Positions 37,458 to 45,231 are shown, counted from the first letter of the stretch. The stretch: 53,098 nt of DNA from Patescibacteria group bacterium UBA1370 (GCA_002306315.1 DBRK01000035.1:1-53098), one strand, 5' to 3'. Numbers and translations: made by a program. Notes: generated by a model not told the origin, from the sequence alone.

Positions 37458-37466
37458 TGTTATGCT
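37458..37466 (+). promoter_or_regulatory. extended -10 TGtTATGCT upstream of ftsA
   Basis: Read directly, 17 nt before ATG 37484. Confidence 0.35.
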
Positions 37467-37483
37467 AGAAACGGGCAAGAAAT

Positions 37484-38791
37484 ATGCCACAAAACCGGAT
37501 TATCACTGCTATTGATGTCGGGACAGATAAGTCTGTGTCGCTTATCGCTTCTCATGACCCCGAAACCCAAAAACTTCGGGTTATGGGTGTGGCTGCCGTC
37601 CCTTCCAAAGGCATGAAGCGCAGCCAAATTGTCGATCTGGAAAAGGTTGTAGAAACCATCACCGAGAGCCTTGATGCAGCCGAGAGGATGGCCGGCCTTG
37701 ATGTTAAAAGCGCCTTTTTGTCAGTTTCCGGTGCCCACATCACCTCGCAAAATTCCAAAGGGGTCGTGGCCGTAGCTTCACCTGACCAAGAAATTATTCC
37801 CGATGATGTTTCCAGGGTGATTGAAGCCGCCCGGGCAGTTTCTCTGCCTTCCGACCGGGAAATAATTCATGTTATTCCTAAAGATTTTAAAGTAGATTCT
37901 CAAGAAGGCATTAAGGATCCCGTAGGTATGACCGGTGTGCGTCTCGAATCCGAAGCCCACATTATCACCGGGCTCTCCACCTCGCTGCGCAACCTGCAAA
38001 AGTGTATCGAGGACATTGGCCTCACCGTTGAGGCCTTTGTGTTTTCGGCGCTAGCAGCTTCGGAAGTAGTGCTATCGGAAACGGAAAAGGAACTAGGTGT
38101 AGCCTTGGTGGATATCGGTGCTGGCTCTACCTCGATGTGCGTGTTTGTGGACGGGTCGCTGGAGTATTCCGGGTCGCTGCCGATTGGCGCCCGGCATATT
38201 ACCCAAGATATAGCCTTGGGTTGCCGGGTCAGCATCGAAACCGCGGAAAAAATCAAGCTTTCACTCACCAACGATCCATTCCTGAATATTGCGCCCCGAT
38301 CCGGCGAGTCAAAACAAGAATTTTCGCAGAGGCGCAAAAAGGCTGAACAACTCAAGCTTGCAGATTTTGAAGGACCTGCCAACTCTGAGGTTCTCTCAAA
38401 ACGCACTATCGTCGAAGGCATCATGATGCCCCGAATACAGGAAATTTTTAGTTTGGTAGAAGATACTCTCAAAGATAAAAGCCTTCTTAACGATATTCCC
38501 GCCGGTTTGGTGCTAACTGGGGGTGGGGCAGAGACGGTGAAAATTGCCGAAATCGCTAAACGGCATCTAAATATTCCCGTCCGCATTGGCCAAGTTCCTG
38601 AATTGGAAGGCATGATCACCGACATCCAAAAACCGCTTTATGCCACCAGCATCGGCCTGCTTTATTATGCTCGCCAGCACGGTGGTGGCGCCGCCGCCGG
38701 CCACTTCCAAATCGGGTCGTTTTTCGACTCTCTTTCGGTTGGCAGCCTGCCTGGAAAAATTGGCCGTTTCCTCAAGTCGCTGATGCCCTAG
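37484..38791 (+). CDS. ftsA: cell division protein FtsA
   Basis: ITAIDVGTDKS, DIGAGSTS and LTGGGAE actin-fold phosphate motifs, with a C-terminal amphipathic tail. Confidence 0.9.
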   Translation: MPQNRIITAIDVGTDKSVSLIASHDPETQKLRVMGVAAVPSKGMKRSQIVDLEKVVETITESLDAAERMAGLDVKSAFLSVSGAHITSQNSKGVVAVASPDQEIIPDDVSRVIEAARAVSLPSDREIIHVIPKDFKVDSQEGIKDPVGMTGVRLESEAHIITGLSTSLRNLQKCIEDIGLTVEAFVFSALAASEVVLSETEKELGVALVDIGAGSTSMCVFVDGSLEYSGSLPIGARHITQDIALGCRVSIETAEKIKLSLTNDPFLNIAPRSGESKQEFSQRRKKAEQLKLADFEGPANSEVLSKRTIVEGIMMPRIQEIFSLVEDTLKDKSLLNDIPAGLVLTGGGAETVKIAEIAKRHLNIPVRIGQVPELEGMITDIQKPLYATSIGLLYYARQHGGGAAAGHFQIGSFFDSLSVGSLPGKIGRFLKSLMP

Positions 38792-38818
38792 ATTTTCTAT
38801 TGCGTAATCATCATTACG

Positions 38819-38837
38819 TGGTACACTTTGATATACA
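38819..38837 (+). promoter_or_regulatory. two adjacent extended -10-like elements (TGgTACACT, TGaTATACA) upstream of ftsZ
   Basis: Read directly. They are preceded by the small palindrome CGTAAT-catc-ATTACG (38803-38818). Confidence 0.3.
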
Positions 38838-38868
38838 GTTAAATTATTTTTTGGTCTGCTAAAACCTC

Positions 38869-40197
38869 ATGGCACTTGTAAAACCTACCAATACCACCTT
38901 CGCGAAAATTAAAGTTATTGGTGTCGGTGGCGGTGGTGGCAACGCCGTCAACTCGATGATTGCCTCCAACAAAATCAACGGCGTTGAATTTATTGCCGTT
39001 AACACCGATGCCCAAGCTCTGCTGACTTCCCGAGCCGAAACCAAACTGCAGATCGGCAGCAATTTCACCAAAGGCCTCGGTTCCGGAGCGGATCCTGAAG
39101 TTGGCCGTACTGCCGCCGAGGAATCCTACGAAAAACTCCGCGACCTGCTTTTTGACACTGACATGGTATTTTTGACTGCCGGCATGGGCGGCGGCACCGG
39201 CACCGGTGCCTCACCCATCATCGCCGAGATTGCCAAAGAAACCGGCGCCCTGACCGTGGCAGTGGTCACCAAACCATTTGCCTTTGAGGGCATCCGGCGG
39301 ATGCAGACAGCTGAGGAAGGCATTGCCTTGCTCAAAGACAGCGTCGACACCCTGATTGTCATCCCCAATCAACGCCTCATGGAAGTCGTAGACAAGAAAA
39401 TGCCTTTCCTAGACGCCTTTAAGCTGGCGGATAATGTCCTCGGCCAAGGTGTCCAAGGCATTTCCGACTTGATCACTGTGCCCGGTTTAATCAATGTTGA
39501 CTTTGCCGACGTCAAAACCATCATGACCGAGTCTGGCTCAGCCCTGATGGGCATCGGCGAAGCCAGCGGCGAAAACCGCGCCGCCACAGCTGCCCGGATG
39601 GCAGTTTCTTCACCCCTGCTTGAGGTTTCTATCGATGGTGCAAAAGGCATCCTCTACAATATCATTGGCGGTCCAGACATGACCATGAGCGAGGTGTCTG
39701 ACGCTTCGGCGATTATTTCTCAAGCTGCCGACCCGGATGCCAACATTATCTTTGGGGCTACCATCAACGAAGAAATGGGTTCCAACATCAAAATCAGTGT
39801 CATTGCCACCGGGTTCGATGACCGGCAAATGGGTTATGGCGCCTCCACCAGGCCATTGTTCGGTGCCTATTCCCGCGAGTCGCAACTGAAACTCCGCAAC
39901 CAACAACGCCAGGAGGAGCGCCGCGCTGAAGAACAGCCTGCAGGTTCGCCCCTGATTGATAGGGCGCCCGGCAGCTTCACCCAACCCCTAACCACCAGTC
40001 AAATTCAAAGCACCACCCCCACGCAACCGTTTGTAAAATCCCAAGCGTTTGGTGATGATGTCAGCAACACCACCCCGGCAGCAGATGACATCGACGATGA
40101 TGAGGCCAGCACATCCGACAATGGCCATTCCGACATCAACCCTTCAGAGTTCGAGGATGAGTTCGAGATTCCGGCCTTCATGAGGAAACGGCGCTAA
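38869..40197 (+). CDS. ftsZ: cell division GTPase FtsZ
   Basis: [11 protein letters not shown], the tubulin signature GGTGTGA, a long low-complexity linker and a C-terminal peptide [12 protein letters not shown]. Confidence 0.95.
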   Translation: MALVKPTNTTFAKIKVIGVGGGGGNAVNSMIASNKINGVEFIAVNTDAQALLTSRAETKLQIGSNFTKGLGSGADPEVGRTAAEESYEKLRDLLFDTDMVFLTAGMGGGTGTGASPIIAEIAKETGALTVAVVTKPFAFEGIRRMQTAEEGIALLKDSVDTLIVIPNQRLMEVVDKKMPFLDAFKLADNVLGQGVQGISDLITVPGLINVDFADVKTIMTESGSALMGIGEASGENRAATAARMAVSSPLLEVSIDGAKGILYNIIGGPDMTMSEVSDASAIISQAADPDANIIFGATINEEMGSNIKISVIATGFDDRQMGYGASTRPLFGAYSRESQLKLRNQQRQEERRAEEQPAGSPLIDRAPGSFTQPLTTSQIQSTTPTQPFVKSQAFGDDVSNTTPAADDIDDDEASTSDNGHSDINPSEFEDEFEIPAFMRKRR

Positions 40198-40721
40198 TCT
40201 TTTCCAAGAATATTTACCCGCAGTCGATACAACCGATCCAAAAACTCTCTAAAACCGTACAGATCGCTGTAAGTCATACCCAGGCTGTTTTGGATGTCGA
40301 CAACTCTCCGGCTGATGCTTTCCAAGGCTTGTATATCACTTTTAGTTAATAATCCTTCTAGATAATTCCGTTCAATTTGAAGTAATGAACGGCCATCAAT
40401 TAAAAACTGCTGCATGATTAGATGCTTTCTCATACCCAGATATTTGTTAATGATTTGCTCAGACAACTCGGCAATTCTGATTTTTCCGGCAATAGCCAGC
40501 AGATAGAGTTTTGCACCCAACTCCTGTGTTTCCAGAGAATGTCTGCCTCTAAGCACACCAATGTCGGTGACAAGCAAGAGTTTATGCATTCTCTCAACAA
40601 TTTCATAAGCTTTTTGCAAAGAAATTCCTTCCTTGCCGAGAGCTTCTGCGGTGAAGGCTTCGTCAAGACTTTTTGGTGCCGGCTCTTTTTTCCTGAAAAA
40701 TCTTTTAAATACTTCTGACAT
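40194..40721 (-). CDS. hypothetical all-helical 175-aa protein, convergent with ftsZ
   Basis: The only long ORF here. I recognise no motif. Its stop codon overlaps the ftsZ stop (CTAA at 40194-40197). Confidence 0.5.
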   Translation of the reverse strand: MSEVFKRFFRKKEPAPKSLDEAFTAEALGKEGISLQKAYEIVERMHKLLLVTDIGVLRGRHSLETQELGAKLYLLAIAGKIRIAELSEQIINKYLGMRKHLIMQQFLIDGRSLLQIERNYLEGLLTKSDIQALESISRRVVDIQNSLGMTYSDLYGFREFLDRLYRLRVNILGKD

Positions 40722-40781
40722 CTTAATAATGCTTCCAAGCCAAAGTCACAGATTGATTATAACCTGTTATTCTCACTCCTA

Positions 40782-40790
40782 TGCTATAAT
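40782..40790 (+). promoter_or_regulatory. extended -10 TGcTATAAT driving the ileS T-box leader
   Basis: Read directly. Confidence 0.45.
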
Positions 40791-40796
40791 TAAGAG

Positions 40797-41004
40797 GCAA
40801 CAGCGTTTGAGCCAGGCAATCACCCGGCGAGCTGGCCGCAGAAATGCCGCCTAGGCAAAGTAGATCGGTCCGGGTAAGCCCGTAATAGCTGGAACGAAGC
40901 GCGGCAACGCAAATAGACTCACAGCCGCGGAAAAGAGGTGGTACCGCCGAAATGAAGGCCCTCTTGTGGACAGCACCAACAGCTGTTTGCAAGAGGGCTT
41001 TTTT
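40797..41004 (+). promoter_or_regulatory. T-box riboswitch leader (tRNA-Ile sensing, transcription attenuation type)
   Basis: AGAGGUGGUACCGCCG at 40934-40949 matches the T-box consensus. The antiterminator has a 7-nt UGGUACC bulge. A mutually exclusive terminator follows. There is a long Stem I-like hairpin at 40803-40902 with Ile codons in its internal loop. ileS lies downstream. Confidence 0.8.
40956..41004 (+). terminator. intrinsic terminator of the T-box leader
   Basis: AGGCCCTCTTG (40956-40966) pairs with CAAGAGGGCTT (40990-41000), with an inner ACAGC/GCTGT helix, followed by a TTTTTT run (40999-41004). Confidence 0.8.
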
Positions 41005-41010
41005 GAAATT

Positions 41011-41084
41011 CCGTGAAAACAACACATTTCACGGTGCCCGCCTGGTATTAGACGCGTGAAAACAGCGTGAAAAATCGTGAAAAG
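41011..41084 (+). repeat. cluster of five CGTGAAAA-type motif copies (one inverted pair plus three tandem direct copies at 10-11 bp spacing)
   Basis: CCGTGAAA(41011-18)-N8-TTTCACGG(41027-34), then CGTGAAAAC at 41055, CGTGAAAAA at 41066 and CGTGAAAAG at 41076. Read directly. Confidence 0.6.
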
Positions 41085-41094
41085 CAAAGGAAAA

Positions 41095-43983
41095 ATGAGT
41101 AAAGAACCCCTGCCAACCACCTTGGATTTTCCAGAGATGGAAAAGCAAGTGCTGATCTACTGGAAAGACACCAAAGCCTTCGAGCGCCAAGTAGAAATGC
41201 GGCCGGAAAATAAGCCTTATGTGTTTTACGACGGGCCGCCTTTTGCGACCGGCATGCCGCATTATGGCCATCTTCTAGGTTCTACCGCCAAGGATGTCAT
41301 TCCCCGTTATTGGGCGATGAAAGGCTACCGGGTGGAACGTGTCTGGGGTTGGGATTGCCACGGCTTGCCGATAGAAAACATGATTGAGCAGCAACTGCAG
41401 ATCAAGGGCGGCAAAAAAGGCATCGAGGAGATGGGCATCGCCCGCTTTAACGCTGCCTGCCGCGCCGAAGTCCTGCGGCTTGACCAAGAATGGGAAACCA
41501 TTATCGACCGACTCGGCCGCTGGGTGGATTTCGCCAATAATTACAAAACCATGGACACCTCTTTTATGGAATCGGTGTGGTGGGGTTTTTCACAGCTGCA
41601 TGAGAATGGTCTGATCTATGAAGGCCGCAAAGTGGTTATGTACTGCCCGCGCTGTGCCACGCCGCTTTCTAACTTTGAGATAGCCATGGACAACTCCTAT
41701 GAGATGGTTGAAGATCACTCAATTTTTGTGAAATTCCCTGTTGATGGCAAGGCTGATGAGTATCTCTTGGCCTGGACAACTACTCCCTGGACTCTGCCTG
41801 GCAACGTTGGTCTGGCGGTTGATCCTCAAGCTGACTATGTCAAAGTCAGGGCCGGGGATGAGCATCTCTGGCTCGCCGAGGCTTTGCTGGAAAAGGTGAT
41901 GGGTGACCGAGAATATCAGGCCGTGGAAACGGTTAAGGGAGAAGCACTGGTTGGCACCCGTTACACGCCGCTTTACCCGTATATGGAGGAGCACCGGACC
42001 GAAAATGCCTGGATGGTAATGCCCGGGGATTTCGTCAGCATGGAAGACGGCACCGGGGTAGTGCACACCGCTGCTTTGTTTGGCGAGGACGACTATGACT
42101 TAGCCTTGGAATACAAGCTACCGCTGGTACCGACACTTGACGACGGCGGCAAATTTCTGCCCTTTGTTGAGGTGGCTGCCGGTTTGTTTTACAAAAAAGC
42201 AGAAGATACCATCAACACCGACCTGCAAGCACGTGGCTTGGTGTTCAAGCTGGAAAAAATTTATCACTCTTATCCTTTCTGCTACCGCTGTTCGACACCG
42301 CTTTATTACAACGCGGTTCCGGCTTGGTTTATCAATGTTCAAAAATTGAAGCCTGATTTGATTGCCCAAAACGAAAATATCAACTGGTATCCCGAACATC
42401 TCAAATACGGACGTTTTGGCAAAGGCTTGGAGTCGGCGCCGGACTGGAACATTTCCCGTTCCCGCTATTGGGGCACACCGATGCCGGTGTGGCGGCATGA
42501 TGAAAGCGGCCGCTACCGAGTAATTGGTTCACGGGACGAGCTGCGGCAGTGGGCGGTCAATCCGGGCGATGTTGGTAAACTAGAAGATATCCACCGCGAA
42601 TTTATCGACGATATCGAAGTCTGGGTGGATGATGAACGAACCATGAAAGGCCGCCGTATTCCGGAGGTTTTTGATTGCTGGGTGGAGTCCGGTTCGATGC
42701 CATTTGCCCAACATCACTATCCGTTTGAGAATAAGGAAAAATTTGAGCGGTCGTATCCGGCTCAGTTTGTCAGCGAGTACATCGCGCAGACGCGGGCGTG
42801 GTTTTACACTATGCACGTGATGTCAGTGGGAATTTTTGGCAGCAATGCGGTAGAAAATACCCTAACCACCGGCACAATCATGGCTGAGGACGGCAGCAAG
42901 ATGAGCAAGTCCAAGAAAAACTTTCCCGATCCAGTGGCCTTGATGGACAAATACGGCGTCGACAGCTTGCGGCTTTACATGATGAGTTCGCCGGTGATGA
43001 AATCCGAAAATATCAACTTTAACGAAGCCGAGGTCGGCGAAATCCGCAAGCGGGTATTCAACATTTGGTACAACATGTATGCCTTTTACCGGATGTATGC
43101 CGGCGAACGGGCGGTGCTTGTTGGTGAAGTGCCCCAGCCCCACGATGTGATGGACAGGTGGGTGATGAGCCGGGTGCAAAGCCTAATTCAATCAGTCACT
43201 GAAGCCATGGATGGTTATAACGTCGTCAAGGCTTCCCGAGCGCTGATGGCGGCCGTTGATGAGGTCTCTACCTGGTATTTGCGCCGCAGCCGAGACCGGT
43301 TGCGCGGCGTCAATAGCGGTGAAAGTCAGGGCGAAGCGCGCGGGGATGACGCAGCAGTGGCAGTTTTTGGTTATGTGCTGGTGACTTTAGCTCAATTGTT
43401 TGCGCCGTTTGCGCCATTCTTTACCGAGTGGTTGTTCCAACATCTGGTCGATCCGAGCAAGAGTGTGCATCACACCGACTGGCCGGTCGCCCATCCTGAG
43501 CTCATCGACACCGATCTGGAAACACAAATGGAAACTATCCGTCGGACAGTGGAACGCACTCATGCTGCCCGCAAAGAAGCGGGCATCAAGGTTCGTCAAC
43601 CGTTGGCTAGGGTGAGTGTGTTTACCAACGCGTCCAAGCCGGCCGAGGAACTGCTGGCGGTGCTGTTGGATGAAGTGAATGTCAAGGAGGCCGTTTGGCA
43701 GGATAAGCAGGTCTCTGCGGAAAGCGACAGCCAATCCGAAACCGACAGTGCTTTCCTGGACGTCCAACTCGACACCAACATCACTCCAGAATTGCAAGCA
43801 GAAGGCGAAGCTCGCGAACTCATCCGGGAAATTCAAAAACTCAGAAAAAAAGCCGGCCTGACAATCAATGACAGGGTGGTCGTGCAAGCTCCGGCTTGGC
43901 CACAGTCTTGGCAAACAGAAATCGAAAACCGGACGAATTCCAGCCTAGTGAGAGGCGAGCAGCTGAACCTGGAGAAGGCTTGA
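41095..43983 (+). CDS. ileS: isoleucine--tRNA ligase, type 2 (eukaryote-like) form
   Basis: YDGPPFATGMPHYGHLL (HIGH region) and SKMSKSKKN (KMSKS). The C-terminus has no Cys-rich zinc domain. ATG 41095 is preceded by AAGGA; GTG 41077 is an in-frame alternative. Confidence 0.9.
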   Translation: MSKEPLPTTLDFPEMEKQVLIYWKDTKAFERQVEMRPENKPYVFYDGPPFATGMPHYGHLLGSTAKDVIPRYWAMKGYRVERVWGWDCHGLPIENMIEQQLQIKGGKKGIEEMGIARFNAACRAEVLRLDQEWETIIDRLGRWVDFANNYKTMDTSFMESVWWGFSQLHENGLIYEGRKVVMYCPRCATPLSNFEIAMDNSYEMVEDHSIFVKFPVDGKADEYLLAWTTTPWTLPGNVGLAVDPQADYVKVRAGDEHLWLAEALLEKVMGDREYQAVETVKGEALVGTRYTPLYPYMEEHRTENAWMVMPGDFVSMEDGTGVVHTAALFGEDDYDLALEYKLPLVPTLDDGGKFLPFVEVAAGLFYKKAEDTINTDLQARGLVFKLEKIYHSYPFCYRCSTPLYYNAVPAWFINVQKLKPDLIAQNENINWYPEHLKYGRFGKGLESAPDWNISRSRYWGTPMPVWRHDESGRYRVIGSRDELRQWAVNPGDVGKLEDIHREFIDDIEVWVDDERTMKGRRIPEVFDCWVESGSMPFAQHHYPFENKEKFERSYPAQFVSEYIAQTRAWFYTMHVMSVGIFGSNAVENTLTTGTIMAEDGSKMSKSKKNFPDPVALMDKYGVDSLRLYMMSSPVMKSENINFNEAEVGEIRKRVFNIWYNMYAFYRMYAGERAVLVGEVPQPHDVMDRWVMSRVQSLIQSVTEAMDGYNVVKASRALMAAVDEVSTWYLRRSRDRLRGVNSGESQGEARGDDAAVAVFGYVLVTLAQLFAPFAPFFTEWLFQHLVDPSKSVHHTDWPVAHPELIDTDLETQMETIRRTVERTHAARKEAGIKVRQPLARVSVFTNASKPAEELLAVLLDEVNVKEAVWQDKQVSAESDSQSETDSAFLDVQLDTNITPELQAEGEARELIREIQKLRKKAGLTINDRVVVQAPAWPQSWQTEIENRTNSSLVRGEQLNLEKA

Positions 43984-44029
43984 TTCATGCACTCCCTGTG
44001 TCTTGGGTTGCGCCAGCTACTGCCCGCTG

Positions 44030-44035
44030 TACAAT
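44030..44035 (+). promoter_or_regulatory. -10 TACAAT, 6 nt before ATG 44042 (leaderless geometry)
   Basis: TACAAT-aggctc-ATG read directly, the same geometry as at 7025. Confidence 0.35.
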
Positions 44036-44041
44036 AGGCTC

Positions 44042-45118
44042 ATGAGATTGTGGTTTCTGCCGGGCGTGCTGACTGTTTTTGCCTTATTAAGCGTGCTCAC
44101 TCTCCAGAGTATTGCGCCGACCTTGGCGCCACGGCAATTGGCATTTTTTTTCATCAGCGCGGTGATTTTTATCGTCGCCAGCCGTGTACCTTTTGAAAAT
44201 ATCAAGCGTCTGAGCCCGCTGGGATATGGCATAACTATTTTTCTGTTAATCTTAACCTTAATAATTTCCCTGGAAACCAGAAACACATCTCGTTGGATCG
44301 AAGTCGGTGGTTTATTCAAACTACAGCCATCACAGTTGGCGGTGCCGTTTACTGCCATCATGCTGGCTCGTTTCGCGGCAGAAAACAGTTTAAAACTGTG
44401 GAAAAACCTACTCAAAGCTCTAACCATTGTTGCCATCCCCGGTGTCTTGATTTTGATCGAGCCCGATTTGGGAACAACTTTGGTATATCTGGCGAGTTTG
44501 GCCGTGGTTTTCTTTTTCAGCGACATCCGTTGGCAACAAGTGCTGGCACTGGGAGCAGCCGGGCTGATTATGGTGGTTATTGCCTGGATGTTTTTGCTGC
44601 AACCATACCAAAAAGAACGGATCACTTCGTTTATGGATGATAGCCAAACGGAAAGTACCTTGTTATCAAGCAAGTACAATGCTAGGCAAGCTTTGATCGC
44701 CGTCGGGTCGGGACAGCTGGTGGGGAGAGGGCTGGGGCAGGGAGTGCAATCGCATCTGCGTTTTCTGCCAGAGCGGCAAACAGACTTTATTTTTGCTTCG
44801 CTAGCCGAGGAGTTCGGCTTTATCGGCGCATCCCTGTTGATAGGCTTGTACGGATTGATCTTTTCTTTTATCATCTACACCGGTTACCATGCGGCAAAAC
44901 CTGAAGAAAGCTGGTTCTGTTACACCACAGCAGCAATGATTTTGCTTCAAGCCGGAGTAAATATGGGTATGAACATGGGCCTGCTGCCGATTACAGGAGT
45001 TACCCTGCCATTATTGTCATACGGCGGCAGTTCTATATTGACTATAGCCGGCACCCTAGGCATTGTGCAGTCAATCACTCAGAACAGAAAAAAAGGCATA
45101 AAATTAAGTATTAGATAG
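44042..45118 (+). CDS. rodA: SEDS-family protein, RodA-like
   Basis: QPSQLAVPFTAIMLA, IEPDLGT, RFLPERQTDFIFASLAEEFGFIG and PITGVTLPLLSYGGSS motifs. It is the second SEDS paralog after ftsW. Confidence 0.8.
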   Translation: MRLWFLPGVLTVFALLSVLTLQSIAPTLAPRQLAFFFISAVIFIVASRVPFENIKRLSPLGYGITIFLLILTLIISLETRNTSRWIEVGGLFKLQPSQLAVPFTAIMLARFAAENSLKLWKNLLKALTIVAIPGVLILIEPDLGTTLVYLASLAVVFFFSDIRWQQVLALGAAGLIMVVIAWMFLLQPYQKERITSFMDDSQTESTLLSSKYNARQALIAVGSGQLVGRGLGQGVQSHLRFLPERQTDFIFASLAEEFGFIGASLLIGLYGLIFSFIIYTGYHAAKPEESWFCYTTAAMILLQAGVNMGMNMGLLPITGVTLPLLSYGGSSILTIAGTLGIVQSITQNRKKGIKLSIR

Positions 45119-45154
45119 AAAAAAGCAAAGAATCAGATTAAATTTCCTCTGTTG

Positions 45155-45163
45155 TGATATAAT
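45155..45163 (+). promoter_or_regulatory. extended -10 TGaTATAAT upstream of rplU
   Basis: Read directly. It would give a leader of about 60 nt containing a hairpin at 45177-45205 and an AAGGAG Shine-Dalgarno. Confidence 0.4.
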
Positions 45164-45231
45164 ACTACCTCTTTGTCCTGCAGCTGGGAGACCATGCTCC
45201 GCAGGGTAGCAAGAAGTAACAAAGGAGAAAT

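Noticed and set aside
37900-38625. 241-aa ORF antisense to ftsA
   Set aside because: It is a shadow ORF within a strongly supported ftsA frame. It is Ser/Pro/Arg-rich with no recognisable motifs.
41011-41084. The CGTGAAAA/TTTTCACG cluster as a DnaA-box array, i.e. an oriC
   Set aside because: The reverse complement TTTTCACG matches the relaxed DnaA box TTWTNCACA at only 7-8 of 9 positions. Gene orientation does not switch here, since plus-strand genes lie on both sides. No dnaA or dnaN is nearby, and the adjacent sequence is occupied by a T-box leader. I keep it only as a remote alternative.
41077-41094. GTG 41077 as the ileS start
   Set aside because: It has no Shine-Dalgarno and lies inside the last CGTGAAAA repeat. 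ATG 41095 is preceded by AAGGA and gives a typical IleRS N-terminus. The GTG start is not fully excluded.
40723-41271. Minus-strand ORFs of 80-100 aa (40723-41025, 40851-41120, 41029-41271) across the ileS upstream region
   Set aside because: The region is better explained by the T-box leader and the motif array. These ORFs are Arg/Cys/Pro-rich translations of structured RNA sequence.
44017-44874. 285-aa ORF antisense to rodA
   Set aside because: It lies entirely inside a well-supported SEDS gene on the opposite strand. Its composition is low-complexity and Lys/Ser/Pro-rich, and it has no promoter or Shine-Dalgarno context. This is a typical shadow ORF.
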